NCBI GenBank assembly: GCA_951406725.2 | Contig: OX597825.1 | Span: 32,116,001-32,180,000 of the forward strand | Length of the DNA stretch: 64,000 nt | Source of the DNA: Octopus vulgaris | Lineage: Eukaryota | Direction: 5' to 3' | Program-made: the position numbers and the translations under genes | Part shown: piece after piece, positions 41,272 through 54,566 of the stretch | Position numbering within the stretch: position 1 is the first letter of the stretch | How the letters are laid out: every line of letters starts with the position of its first letter | Notes under the pieces: model-generated | The model's database searches: none | What the model saw: the letters and a program-made list of their open reading frames with translations, nothing else | Told to the model about the DNA's origin: nothing

Positions 41272-41903
41272 TATATTGGAATTAAACTTTTACAAAGAAT
41301 GGTTTGACAGTCAACTGTCAACTCTTCCCCTGTAAAAGTTTAATATGTATTCCGGTAAAAATTATCAAGTAATTCTTCAGTTTTATGTGAAATTGTATTT
41401 ATATATAACTTGACATAAAGACATTCAGACCCGCCCCTATATGAGTAGTAAAGCTCCTCTTAAGGGCTCCACTATTTGTCCATATAACAATCAATTGATG
41501 TTTTTTTAATGCAAATATGTATGCATCATTTCTTCCATACTGAAATTAATAGTACATGAAGAAGTTTGGGAAATGGCCATAACCCTATGGAAGTTACATA
41601 GTTAAATAAATATATATTCACCTCCCATACCTCCTGGCTTTAAAATTTAGACCAAGTTTGAACACCCTGGGCTAGGAATATTAAAACAAAAGATTGGTCC
41701 TCCGAAAAGGAGAAGCGAAATTCCACCACGGCCGCTGCCTTAAACAGTCACTCACACTGACAGAAATATGTCTTAGGGAAAGGGAAAAAAATTTATAAAA
41801 AGATCTCTACAAGCAGATCTAATCCTGATTCGTCAAGAAACTGATGACATATTACCTCAGTGGGCAAGCTATTGTCACCCTGCTTGGTCGGTTTCCACAT
41901 ACG

Positions 41904-42209
41904 ATACAGCTAAGGGTCAGACCCGATTCTGATTGGTCAAAACATTGATGACGTCTCGTTCTGCTGGACTAGCCACCTAACGGGATGATTGGTCAAAACA
42001 GTGATGACGTCTCGTTCCGCTGGACTAGCCACCTAACAGGATACAGACATGGATCAGATCTAATACAGCTATAGGTCAGACCCGATTCTGATTGGTCAAA
42101 ACATTGATGACGTCCCGTTCTGCTGGACTAGCCACCTAACGAGATGATTGGTCAAAACTTTGATGACGTCTCGTTCCGCTGGACTAGCCACCTAACAGGT
42201 GATATAAAA
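41904..42209 (+). promoter_or_regulatory. Tandem module of 4 x 56-bp units (inverted CCAAT box plus CRE-like site) followed by a TATA box
   Basis: TGATTGGTC at 41930, 41986, 42089 and 42145, each followed by GATGACGTC. TATAAAA at 42203. The repeat is certain, the regulatory function is inferred. Confidence 0.55.
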
Positions 42210-42595
42210 CCCAAACAATTCACAAGATTCACCAGAACTATTCGAACAGACACCAACCAAAAGTCATCACAGTTGCTCCCATTGGAACACAAGGTAAAAC
42301 CTAAAATGAATTCCTCGCTTTTTCAAGAACATGAATTTTTTATATTGAATGCATATCACCACTATGAACTACTACATCATACTCTTTAAACATATAGCAT
42401 GGACTCGCTTCACTATATATGAATTTTTTATTATATATGAATTTTTTATATTTGATAGCATGAACTATCTTTTTTATATATAATTTTTTTTGATAAGGTT
42501 CGTCATTTCAAGAACCGAAACATATTAAATAAATAATGTATATATAAAAATTAAAAATTTGTCTAATATAGCAGCATTTTCAAACTTCATTTTTT

Positions 42596-42639
<44 letters not shown>

Positions 42640-43082
42640 TCATTATCATCATCATCATCATTGTTTAACGTCCGCTTTCCATGCTAGCATGGGATGGACG
42701 ATTTGACTGAGGACTAATGAACCAGATGGCTGCACCAGGCTTCAATCTTGATCTGGCAGAGTTTTTATAGCTGGATGCCCTTCCTAATGCCAACCACTCT
42801 GAGAGTGTAGTGGGTGCTTTTACATGCCACTGGCACGAGGGCCAGTCAGGTGGTACTGGCAATGGCCACACTCAAATGGTGTTTTTTACATGCCACCTGC
42901 ACAGGAGCCAGTCCAGTGGCACTGGTAATGACCTCGCTCGAATGTATATATATATATATGAGTGGGTGGACAAATGAATGAAGCGCACTCAACAAATTTA
43001 TTGGGAGTTACATGTATGGATCAAAACTGTTTGACTCAAATTCATTGGTACTCTTGAGTTTCAAGTGAGATGCTAGTCTCCT

Positions 43083-43412
43083 TATGAGAGCTCAAAATCT
43101 CTCGTGGAAGCGTCATCCAACCAAAATGCAAATATATGGGAAACTACCACCTGTGTCATCTCTTGTGAAAGGTAGGAGAGTCCAGTTTGCTGGACATTGT
43201 TGTAGAGCTGAAAACGAGGCAATTTCTATTCTTCTCCTCTGGAAGCCATCTACTCGCAATACCAGAGGGCGCACACTCTCCTACCCTGAAGCAATCTCCA
43301 GGGATACAGGCATCCAGCAACAGGACCTCTGTAATGCTATGATGGACCGTGAAGTCTGGTGTAGCGTGGTAAATTCCATTGTCTCGACCACAGTCGAACA
43401 ATGATGATGAAT
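43083..43412 (+). mobile_element. RTE-group LINE 3' end (distinct family)
   Basis: RRVQFAGHCCRAENE...LLLWKP...RGR...AMMDREVW is a typical RTE C-terminus. (TGA)n tail. Confidence 0.8.
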
Positions 43413-44097
43413 GATGTAGGGTTACTCATTTTTGCCAGCCAAGTGGACTGGTGCAACATGAAATGAGGTGTTTTGCTTAAGAACACAATGTGTCACCCTG
43501 TCCAGGAATTGAAACTACAATCTTACAATCATGAGTTCAACACCCTAACCACTAAGTCACACGCTTCCACTAATTTGTACCAGTGTATGGCGTTTGAAAG
43601 TTAGTCTATCAATATGTTGCATACCAGAGAGATCTCTGTTGAGCTTATATTATCACATTTTGTAAATAAGTTTTGTGTGTAAGTATGTCTGTGTATTGTA
43701 CATATTTGTCTATATGTTTGGTGTGTTTATATGTAACCAGAAATTTGTATATGTGTGTTTATGCACATTTGTATGTGCGTCTTTGTATATGCATCCATGA
43801 CTGTTTGTTTGTGTGTGTATGTGTTGCAAATTTGTACGCGTATGTGTTTCTCTGTAGCTGTGTTCATTCTCAGTACATTTAATTTAACAGCTACCAATGA
43901 CATGAACACAGCTAAAAATCTATGCCAATCCCATTTACATCATCATTCATCATAGAACATACACTACACACACACAGTCTGCTAAGTCCACTACACCAGT
44001 AGTCTACCAACTCTTTCTCTCTCTCTCTCTCTCACCAAAATACTGATCCACTCATTACTTCTCTCCTCTTGTTCCTCTGTTCATCCACTCTTCCCAG

Positions 44098-44156
44098 ATG
44101 TATCCGTATTGCAACAGAATGGATTGCTGCTTCAGTCACAAGAGACCTACGAACAG
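44098..44156 (+). CDS. Candidate small coding exon (DVSVLQQNGLLLQSQETYEQ)
   Basis: About 40-nt polypyrimidine tract ending TTCCCAG, branch-like ACTGAT at 44042, donor CAG|GTTGGG. Confidence 0.3.
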
Positions 44157-44776
44157 GTTGGGGGAGGGAGAATGCCAAGTCTCTTGTGGTTAGCGGAAAG
44201 AATACAAATCGAATCGAATTGAAGTTTACTCCATGTCTCAAGAGATATGTGACAACCAATAACATTTCCATAGAAATATTCTTCAGTTCTTTTTGGAAAC
44301 AATTCCATCATTTAGACATGTAGAGGTGGGAGCGAAAAGGAAGGATGGTGTTCTGTTGTTGATTAACTTATGTGTTAAAAACTTATTGAATGAGAAAAGT
44401 CAAAATGAAACAAAAACAAGAAATGCTTACAAATGCTGATTCCATATTTATCATTGTTTTTTCTGATGGAGATTAATGTAGATACTCGAGACAAAAGCGA
44501 GATGACTTTTATTAGTCAAATTTTGTTATTAATTTTTAACAATTTTTATAGTTTTGTTCATTTACTTTTCCTCATTTGAATCATAAACTTAACTGACTTT
44601 GTTTTCTGTTTCTCTTGCATCAGTTAAATTAAGTCCCAGAAAGTTATCAAGGTTTTTATTGCTGTCCTTAAAGCAAGGATAGGAAAATAAGTCTTATGTT
44701 GTATATTTTTCTTTTTTCTTTTCTTACTTTAACTGGTCCTTGTTAGTAATATCCTTTACTATTATTAGTAATATCC

Positions 44777-44915
<139 letters not shown>

Positions 44916-44921
44916 TCATCA

Positions 44922-46290
44922 TCCAGGCAATAACAGGAATTCAAGACAGGCTGTCCCTGGGAGCTCCTCTATACTGATGACCTTGTTCTTATAGCTGAAT
45001 CACTACCAGAGCTAGAGGAGAAGTTTCAGGTATGGAAGCAAGGTCTAGAATTGAAGGACCTTAGAGTTAACCTAGCAAAAACCAAAGTTTTAGTAAGTAC
45101 GAAGGCAGACAAATCAGAAATCCTATCAGGTAGATGGCCCTGCTTAATCTGTAGATAAGGCATAGTTAGAAACTCCATAAGATGTACCTGGTGTAAGCTA
45201 TGGACACATAAGAAGTGCAGCAATATTAAAGGGAGGTTTACTGGGAAGATAGTTTTTTTTTGTGTGTAGCAGATGCAAAGGGGCAATAAACACCAAAGAT
45301 GTACAGAAAACAGATTCTGTCCCATCCCAGATGAAAAAACTAGAAGTAGTTGATAGCTTCCATTACCTAGATGGCCAAGTCAGTAGCAGGGGTAGATGCT
45401 CTGAGAGCTGCTAGAATAAAAATAGCCTGGGCAAAGTTCAGAGAGCTCCTACCTCTGCTGATAACAAAGGCTTCTCACTCAGAGTGAAAGGTAGACTGTA
45501 TGATGCCTGTGTGTGAACAGCCATGCTACATGACAGTGAAACATGGGCTCTGACTGCTGAGGACATACGTAGGCATGAAAGGAATGAAGCTAGTATGATC
45601 TGCTGGATGTGTAATGTCAGTGTACATACAAGACAGAGTGTAAGCACTCAGAAAGAAAAGTTGGACATAATAAGCATCAAATGTGGTGTGCAAGAGATAC
45701 AACTGCACTGGTGTGGGCATGTGTTGCATATGGATGAGGATAGTTGTATGAAGAAGTGTCACACCCTAACAGTGGGGGGAACCTGTGGAACAGGTAGACC
45801 CAGGTAGACCCAGGAAGACCTTTGAACATTGGGCCTCACAGAGGCAATGACAAGAGATCGAGACTTATGGTGACATTTTGTGCTTGAGAAGATCTGGTGA
45901 GCCAAGTGAGATCATAGTCATGGCTGATGCCAGTGCTGTATATCACCATTCAAGTGTGGCCAATGCCAGTGCCGCCCGACTAGCACTCATGCCGGTGGCA
46001 TATAAAAAGTTCCATTCGGGTGGGACCGATGCCAGTGTTGCCCGACTGGTACCCATGCTGGTGGGATGTAAAAAGCACCATTCAAGTATGGTCGATGCGA
46101 GTGCTGGTGGCACATAAAAAGAACCCAATACACTCTTGGAGTGGTTAGCACTAGGATGGGCATCCAGCTGTAGAAATCTTACCAGATCAGATTGGAGCCT
46201 GGTGCAGCCTCCCGGCTTGCCAGTCTTCAGTCAAACTGTCCAACCCATGCCAGCATGGAAAGCAGATGTTAAACGATGATGATCATGATC
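44922..46290 (+). mobile_element. 5'-truncated RTE-clade LINE (RT C-terminal half, PHD-like insert, 3'UTR, (GAT)n tail)
   Basis: PWELLYTDDLVLIAE (YADD motif), LRVNLAKTKVL, EVVDSFHYL, MLHDSETW, WCGHVLHM, GRPR. The 3'UTR has internal repeats and ends GTTAAACGATGATGAT. Confidence 0.93.
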
Positions 46291-46520
46291 ATTATTAAGA
46301 TAGCAAGCTGGCAGAATTTTTAGCACACTGGACAAAATGCTTAGCAGAATTTCACCCATCACTACATTCTGGGTTCAAATTCCACTGAGGTCAACTTTGC
46401 CTTTCATCCTTTTGGGGTCAATAAATTAAGTACCAATTATGTACTGGTGTCAATCTAATTGACTGCCTCCCTCCCACCAAATTTTAGGCCTTGTGCCTAT
46501 AGCAGAAAGGATTATTATTA

Positions 46521-46578
<58 letters not shown>

Positions 46579-46816
46579 CAATAATATTAATACGCTAACT
46601 TTTTGTTTTTATGTGTACCTGTTGTGTGCATCACACTTACTTCAAAGAAGTGACAAAGTGAAAGAGAGGAGGACAGAGAGGAAGTAAGAAAGAGAGAGAG
46701 AGAGTGTGAGAGAAAGTGAGAGAGAGAGTGAAAGAGACAGTGAGTGGTGACGGCATTCGTTTTGTGAGCATGGCAAGAAATGATGCATGGTTAGAAATTC
46801 TGAAATTCTGGAATAA

Positions 46817-47030
46817 GGCGGCGAGCTGGCAGAAATGTTAGCATGCCGGGCGAAATGTTTAGCGGTATTTCATCTGTCTTTACATTCTGAGTTCAAAGGT
46901 CAACTTTACCTTTCATCCTTGTGGGGTCGATAAATTAACTACCAGTTATGCAGCAGGGTCGATGTAATTGACTTTGTCTGTCCTTGTTTGTCTCCTGTAT
47001 GTTTAGCCCCTTGTAGGCAATAATGAAATT
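46817..47030 (+). mobile_element. Meta-domain-like SINE
   Basis: GGCGGCGAGCTGGCAGAA head with TSD GAAATTCTGGAAT. Confidence 0.88.
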
Positions 47031-47597
47031 AGAAATTCTGGAATCATGATGGTGATTTTGGTACAAGAACAAGAACTACCTGACAGCCAACAACAAAGCC
47101 TCTCTGTGTAATTGTTGTTTTTGTTGTCGTTCAGCTCCAGGTCAAACCTGATACATTACACATACATCTCTGGCTTATGTAATTGCTATTCCTTTATATT
47201 ACTGACTCAGTTCTCATCCAGCAGCCTTATGGCTGAAAATGTTCCTGTTGTGGTAATCTTGTCTCTGTTTTTCTTTGTGATATTGTCTATCTTGGATTAT
47301 AATAGCCAATGTGTCTTTCATCATCATCATCATCATACTCATTATAGCCATGTAACGTCTATTTTCCACGCTGGCATGGGGTTGGACAGTTCGATGGGTG
47401 CTGGGGAACCAGAGGACTGCATCAAGCTCTATTGTCTTCTTTGGCATGGGTTTCCTGGCTGGCTGCCCTTCCTAATGCTAACCATTTTGCAGAGTGCACT
47501 GAGTGCTCTTGGAAGTGGCACTGGTATCAGCAAGGTCACCAAATAAATTGCAAGACAATGATCCTTCAACTGAGATGAAGCAGAGTAGTAAGTGTAA

Positions 47598-48015
47598 GGC
47601 GGCGAGCTGGCAGAATTGTTAGCATGCTGGGCGAAATGCTTAGCGGTATTTGGTCTGCCATTATGTTCTGGGTTCAAATTCCGCCGAGGTCGACTTTGCC
47701 TTTCATCCTTTCAGGCTCTATAAATTAAGTACCAGTTATGCACTGGGGTCGATGTAATCAACTTAGTCCATTTGTCTGTCCTTGTTTGTCCCCTCTGTGT
47801 TTAGCTCCTTGTGGGTAGTAAAGAAATAGGTATTTTGTCTGCTGTTACGTTCTGAGTTCAAATTCCGCCGAGGTCGACTTAGCCTTTCATCCTTTTGGGG
47901 TCGATAACTTAAGTACCAGTTACGCACTGGGGGTCGATGTAATCGACTTAATCCCTTTGTCTGTCCTTGTTTGTTCCCTCTATGTTTAGCCCCTTGTGGG
48001 CAATAACAGAAATAA
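47598..48015 (+). mobile_element. Meta-domain-like SINE, head-to-tail partial dimer
   Basis: Full copy to ~47829, then the body restarts at GGTATTTTGTCTGC. Confidence 0.88.
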
Positions 48016-48548
48016 GAGTAGTGAATGTGAAGTCATTGTACCAGCTGAAGAGAAGTTAGAGTTAGAACAGAGGGATAGAAGTGGCTGTTTTGCTGGGTGT
48101 GCCACTTAGGGGGAAAAAAACGAAAGGGAATGATTTGAGGGTAATTTGGTTGCTATCTCTGCTTGTTCTAACAACCACATAAAGTCTCCCATGTCAGCTC
48201 ATAGCACATGTTCATAACTTCGGGATGTAACTTTTGAGCTCTAATAAGAGAGATATAATAATATGTATTAACTTAATCTAAGTGACAATGCAGAAAGATA
48301 TTCTATTCTAAGACACACAACCACATACAAGTTTGTGTACACACACACACACACACAGAGGCACACCCACACCCATACCCACACACACACTGATGCATAT
48401 ACATAAATGCACACAGACAGACACACACATGAACTGTGCTCTAATTGGAAATAAATAAAAATGTATGGATTAAGAAAAAAATATGTTTCCATGGTTACAT
48501 CAAGATACCTTGTTAAATATTTAGACAGAATGTTCTCTAGTTTTTTGG

Positions 48549-48710
48549 CATCATCATCATCATAATCATCGTGATTTTTATCTTTGTTACTATCTTCTTC
48601 ATCATCACCATTATCATCATCATCACCACCATCATCATAATCATCATCATCATCATAATCATAATCATCATAATCATCATAATCATCATCATCATCATCA
48701 CCATAATCAT

Positions 48711-48781
<71 letters not shown>

Positions 48782-48812
48782 CCATAATCATAATCATCAT
48801 CACCATAATCAT

Positions 48813-48871
<59 letters not shown>

Positions 48872-48875
48872 CCAT

Positions 48876-48908
<33 letters not shown>

Positions 48909-49260
48909 AATCATAATCATCATAATCACCATCATTGTTATCATTATTACTATCTTCTTCACCACCACCACCACCATCACCACCACCACCATCATTATCA
49001 TCTTCATCATCATTATCCTAATCATCCTCTTTCTTATCATCATTGTCACCACCCTCACCATTGTGATCATAATCCTCCTGTTCAACATAATCGTCATAAT
49101 TCTCTTCTCTCTCTCTCTAATCATCATTCTTGTTATCTTCCCTCTTATTACAGTCGTCGTCGTCATCATCATTGCTGTTGTTATTGTCGTCATCATCACT
49201 GGCACCACCACCACCACCACCACCACCATCACCCTACATTTCCTTATTGTACTTTCCCTA
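48549..49260. repeat. About 700-bp compound (CAT/CAC/AAT)n triplet repeat
   Basis: Continuous, register-preserving ATC-type repeat. Confidence 0.95.
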
Positions 49261-49588
49261 ATCACCATGGCTGTGTTCACTTCTTTTGCTCGTCTCTTCA
49301 CCATTGTCTTATTACAGTTTCTTTCCTCACACAGACAACAGTTGAACAGGTTTACAACCAAACTTTTTTTTTTATTATTCTTACAGTCAGAATCATTGGA
49401 ATGCCAGGCAAAATGTAGAGTGCTATTGTTTCTGGCTTTGTGTTCTGAGTTCAAATCCTACCAAGGTCAACTTTGCCTTTCATCCTTTTGAGGTTCATAA
49501 AATAAGCACCAGTTGAGCACTGGTGTTGATGTAATCCACTTAGCCCCACTCCCTGAAATTGCTGGCCTTGTGCCAAAATTTAAAATTA

Positions 49589-49620
<32 letters not shown>

Positions 49621-49622
<2 letters not shown>

Positions 49623-50997
49623 GAAAACTCAGCTTATTTTGCTGGGTATGATGGAAAGTGTCAGCTGTCCACAGCCAGCTGACTAAGGTGACACTTGCTT
49701 TACTGGTCATGCTTCAAGAATCCTGTAAAGAATTCTTGCACTTCCAAGCAATGCTGATTTTTGTAGGTGTTCTACTTTCACACTTGTACCGATCTTTTTC
49801 AGCCATGTTGGTAGCTGAGTGCTGATACTTCCAATTGCACCAATTGCTATTGGTATCACATCTACTTTCTTCATTGACCACAACCTTCTTATTTCCCACT
49901 TTAAATTGTCATAGTTGTTTATTTTTTCTTCTTCTTTCTCATTGATCCTGTTGTCACCGGTGCATGCTATACTCTTTTACTCTTTTACTTGTTTCAGTCA
50001 TTTGACTGTGGCCATGCTTGAGCACCGCCTTTAGTCAAGCAAATCAACTCCAGGATTTATTCTTTGTAAGCCTAGTACTTATTCTTTTGGTCTCTTTTGC
50101 TGAACCACTAAGTTACGGGGAAGTAAACACACCAGCATTGGTTTTCAAGCAATGCTGGGGAGACAAACACAGACACACAAACATATACATACATATATAT
50201 ATATATACACATACATATACATATATACGACAGGCTTCTTTCAGTTTCCGTCTACCAAATCCACTCACAAGGCTTTCGTCAGCCTGAGGCTATAGTAGAA
50301 GACACTTGCCCAAGTTGCCACACAGTGGGACTGAACCTGGAACCATGTGGTTCATAAGCAAGCTACTTACCACACAGCCACTCCTACACCTATGTTATGT
50401 TGATAATCATACATGTTGTTTTTTTTTTATTCACCACATCAATGTCCAGTTTCCTCTGTCTGGTCAGGTGGTTGCACTGGATCATTACATCCCACAGAAT
50501 TTTGCAGTTCTCATTTTTGGTGACTCCTTCTGAGGTTTGTTCATACCATGTCTTTGCTCTTTGTAGACCATGGTTTCCACAGAGCTTCCAATGGATCATT
50601 CTTGCCACATTGTCATGGTGTTGTTTGTATTTGTGATGTTCCAATTTTGGGCAGTCACTAACGCATTTCACACCTTTCCCCACATATTCTGCATTTGTCG
50701 CTATTGGTAGTGTTGTCAGTTCTGCACTTCATATAATTAATTGATCCTTAATGCTTATTCTTGAGCTGTGCATACAAGTGCTTCTGTCTCTATTTTCAGG
50801 TCACTCCTCCTCATCCATAGCCACCGGTCCTCTGTATCTGTTTTGGCATTCACATCTCTTGCAAACTGACCATACATTTTGTTTTCTTCCATGTTTTTGT
50901 TTTCGTTCATTTCTTGTTTAAATTTCTCTTTAGTTACACTATTTTCAGTTTTGATTGCGGCGGCCTTCTTCGTGTGTTTCAACAGTGGATCCATGGC
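49621..50997 (-). mobile_element. R4/Dong-like non-LTR retrotransposon fragment (restriction-like endonuclease), interrupted by a SINE
   Basis: Minus strand: MYGQF...LKIETEALVCTAQE, CRICG...C, HDNVARMIHW, KILWD, RKLDI, PIAIGAIG, LQKSALLGSARIL. The 3' end runs into (TAA)n. Confidence 0.85.
49972..50391 (-). mobile_element. CORE-like tRNA SINE nested in the R4/Dong-like element
   Basis: Reverse-complement homolog of 36561-36967. It splits the RLE coding region. Confidence 0.88.
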
Positions 50998-51237
50998 ACT
51001 TATTATATACCACGCTATTATTATTTAGGCAGTGAGTTGGTAGAATTGTTAGCACACCTGACAAAATGCTTAGTGGCATTTTGTCTACCTTTGTGTTCTG
51101 AGTTCAAATTTCACTGAAATTGACTTTGCTTCATCCTTTCAGGGTTGATGAAATAAGCACCAGTCAAATACTGGGGTCGATGTAATTGATTAATCCCCTC
51201 TCCTTAAAATTGCTGGCCTTGTGCCAAAATTTGAAAA

Positions 51238-51300
<63 letters not shown>

Positions 51301-51513
51301 TATTAAGGCGGTGAGCTGGCAGACTAGTATGCTGGGTTAAATGCTTAGCGGTATTTCACCCATCGCTATGTTCTGAGTTCAAATTTCACCTAGGTCAACT
51401 TTGCATTTCATTCTTTTAGGGTCGATAAATTAAGCACCAGTTGAACACTGGGGTCTCTGTAATCGACATATCCCCTCCCCCAAAATGGGTGCCCTTGTGG
51501 CAAAATTTGAAAC

Positions 51514-51555
<42 letters not shown>

Positions 51556-51999
51556 ATATAATACCAGTCATGTACTGGAATTTGATGTAATTGACTAATC
51601 TTCTCTCCTAAAAATTGTTAGCTTTGCTTCTAGATTAGAAGCAATTATCATTACGAGTGTGGAGTTGTGTGGCTCACTAGGTAGAGTGTTGTACTCATGA
51701 TTTTAAGTTTATGGTTTCAATTCCAGGACCAGGCAGTGCATTGTGTTCTTGAGCAGAATACTCCATTCCACTCAACTGGCAAAAATGAATTATTCTGTGA
51801 TGGACTGGCATCCCATCCAAGGGGTGGGGGAGGAGTATATATATCATCTAATGTAGGAAACTGCCCTTATGAGCCCTCTGTCTAAGGAAGAACCTTTGAT
51901 TCTGTTTTAATTAATACTAATACGTGAACTATTGTTTTATGAACAGAATAAGCAATATTTTTGCTTCAATGAAATCATATTTACCTAAGTTTGATTAGT

Positions 52000-52190
52000 A
52001 AAGTTATTAGTTGAACACTTTTTGCAAACATTTATGACCTCTGACTTGGATGGGTTGATCTCAAGCCTGAGAAGCTTTAGGGCTGGGATAACCTGCTGAA
52101 GGTCCCAAACAACAGACTCAGTTGAGCCACTAATGGTTGCATCATCCAAGGATTTCCAATATTGATCCTTTATCAATCCAACCACTCCTG
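52000..52190 (-). mobile_element. Non-LTR RT fragment, CRE-clade-like
   Basis: WKSLDDATISGSTESVVWDL...LEINPSKSEVI resembles the YLDD to GLxLNxxK segment of CRE-type RTs. Confidence 0.5.
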
Positions 52191-52300
52191 GGATCTCAGT
52201 AAAAACTCTTCTTCAAAATTTTCTGTTGATTTGTCTTTCAAACACCAGCTTAATAATGACAAAGTTATATCAGTAAATTCTTCATTATTTTCAAAATTGT

Positions 52301-52555
52301 GGAGGCACTTGGCTTAGTGGTTAGGGTGTCAGTACCATGATCCTAAGATTGTGGTTTCGATTCCTGGACCGGGCGATGCATTGTGTTCTTGAGCAAAACA
52401 CTTCATTTCACGTTGCTCCAGTCCACTCAACTGGCAAAAATGAGTAGCGCTGCGATGGACTGGTGTCCCATCCAGCTGGGGAACACATATGCCATAGAAA
52501 TCGGGAAACCGGGCCCATGATCCTGGCTAGGCTTTAAAAGGGCGCATTTATTTTA
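52301..52555 (+). mobile_element. tRNA-derived SINE
   Basis: Homolog of 39587-39840 with TSD ATTATTTTCAAAATT. Confidence 0.88.
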
Positions 52556-52770
52556 TCATATTATTTTCAAAATTAATTAAAACAAATGCTGTGCTTTTCA
52601 ACAGAAATATGGTAACTAAAGGGTTAATGAGTGCTGTCAGGTGTTTGAATTTCTGCTCAAACCCTTTATTTAGAAATGTATTATTTCTATTTTTGTAATC
52701 AGTGAATGCATTTCACTAGAATTCTTATATGTTCGCAAAGGCTAGATAGGCATCTCCAGCTGGCAGGCCA

Positions 52771-52823
52771 TGCTACTACAGACTGATGACGAGCAAATAT
52801 TCAGAAACTAGTCACTGGTTGCA
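52771..52823 (+). ncRNA. Degenerate type I hammerhead ribozyme motif
   Basis: CTGATGA (52783)...GAAA-CTAG-TC, with self-complementary ACTAGT stem III, GUC triplet and imperfect stem I (CAG/CTG). Confidence 0.5.
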
Positions 52824-53816
52824 GGCTTGGCTGGATGGAGGTGCTTATCTGCCCCTTGCAAACATAAGGACTCAGGAAATGTGTCAAGGCCGACAGGAAG
52901 CGTTGCTGCTTCCTAGGGCTAAATAGCAGTAGTATTTATTATTCCCTTCATGGGACTGTCACATTAAGTTGACAGTATACAACTCCTTTATTTTCTGTTT
53001 TTGTAGAAAGATATCTGAAGAGATGGCTCCTTTAACATTTGGTCTCTCAACATTGATTTCCTTCCCAAATTTGGTGGAAGTTCTTTGAAGATGGTTGAGA
53101 CTTATTCAATCAATTAATCTTCCTTTCTTGTAGCCATTCCATCTATGGCATCAGCAAACTTTTAGTTACATTATGTGTCTGCCTCTTTGATGGTGTCACT
53201 CAAAATCAGTTCCACATCATCATCTTTTAACATCCGTTTTCCTTGCTAGGACGAGTTGAACAAATGTGAAAAATATTGCACTGTATCTGTTTTATTCAGT
53301 GTGTGGATATGTGTGACACACACACACACACATACACACATGAAGTTCTGTGGCCTAGTGGTTACGGTGTTGGGTTATGAGTTTGATTTCAGAATCAGAC
53401 AGTGGCTCTCTTTTACTCTTTTACTCTTTTACTTGTTTCAGTCATTTGACTGTGGCCATGCTGGAGCACTGCCTTTAGTCGAGCAAATCGAACCCAGGAT
53501 TTATTCTTTGTAAGCCTAGTACTCATTCTATCGGTCTCTTTTGTCGAACCGCTAAGTTACAGGGACGTAAATACACCAGCATCGGTTGTCAAGCAATGTT
53601 GGGGTGGGGACAAGCACAGATGCATAAACCGATACACACACACATATATATATCATCATCATCATCATCGTTTAACGTCCGTTTTCCGCGCTAGCATGGG
53701 TTGGACGGTTCGACCGGGGTCTGGGAAGCCAGGGGCTGCACCAGGCTCCAGTCTGATCTGGCAGAGTTTCTACAGCTGGATGCCCTTCCTAACGCCAACC
53801 ACTCCGCGAGTGTAGT

Positions 53817-53919
<103 letters not shown>

Positions 53920-54527
53920 GACAGGCTTCTTTCAGTTTCCGTCAACCAAATCCACAAATCCACTCACAAGGCTTTGGTTGGCCCAAGGCTATAGTAGACG
54001 ATACTTGCCCAAGGTGCCATGCAGTGGGACTGAATCTGGAACCATGTGGTTCGTAAGCAAGCTACTTACCACACAGCCACTCCTATGTTCTATTGACCAA
54101 CTTCACTCACAAGGTATTGGTTGGCCTGGATCTCTAGTAGAAGATATTTACCCCAGCTGCTGTTGTGCAGTGGGACAGAACCTGAAACAATGTGGTTACA
54201 AAGTGAACTTCTTAACCACACTGCCAGATTGTTGATCTTAATTTCAAGCTCAAAGTCAGCACAGCTTGAGTAGAGCTTTGATCAAAAACATTCCAGGCAT
54301 GACCACCCTGTCCTTTATATTATATCTACTGTATCCTTCCTTCTCATTTTTAAAAATGGTTAGGTATGGCACAGGTGTGGCTGAGCAGTAAGAAGCTTGC
54401 TTCCCAGCCACATGGTTCTAAGTTCAGTCTCACTGAGTGGCACCTTGGGCAAGTGTCTTCTAATATAGCCTTGATCTGACTAAACTCTTGTGAGTGGATT
54501 TGGTAGACAGAAACTGAAAGAAGACCA

Positions 54528-54566
<39 letters not shown>

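Noticed and set aside
41930-42200. Regularly spaced repeats as a CRISPR array
   Set aside because: Units are contiguous tandem copies without unique spacers, there are no cas genes, and the context is eukaryotic.
48537-49491. 305/306-aa ORFs (poly-Met, poly-Ile)
   Set aside because: Stop-free frames produced by (CAT)n triplet repeats. No sign of coding function.
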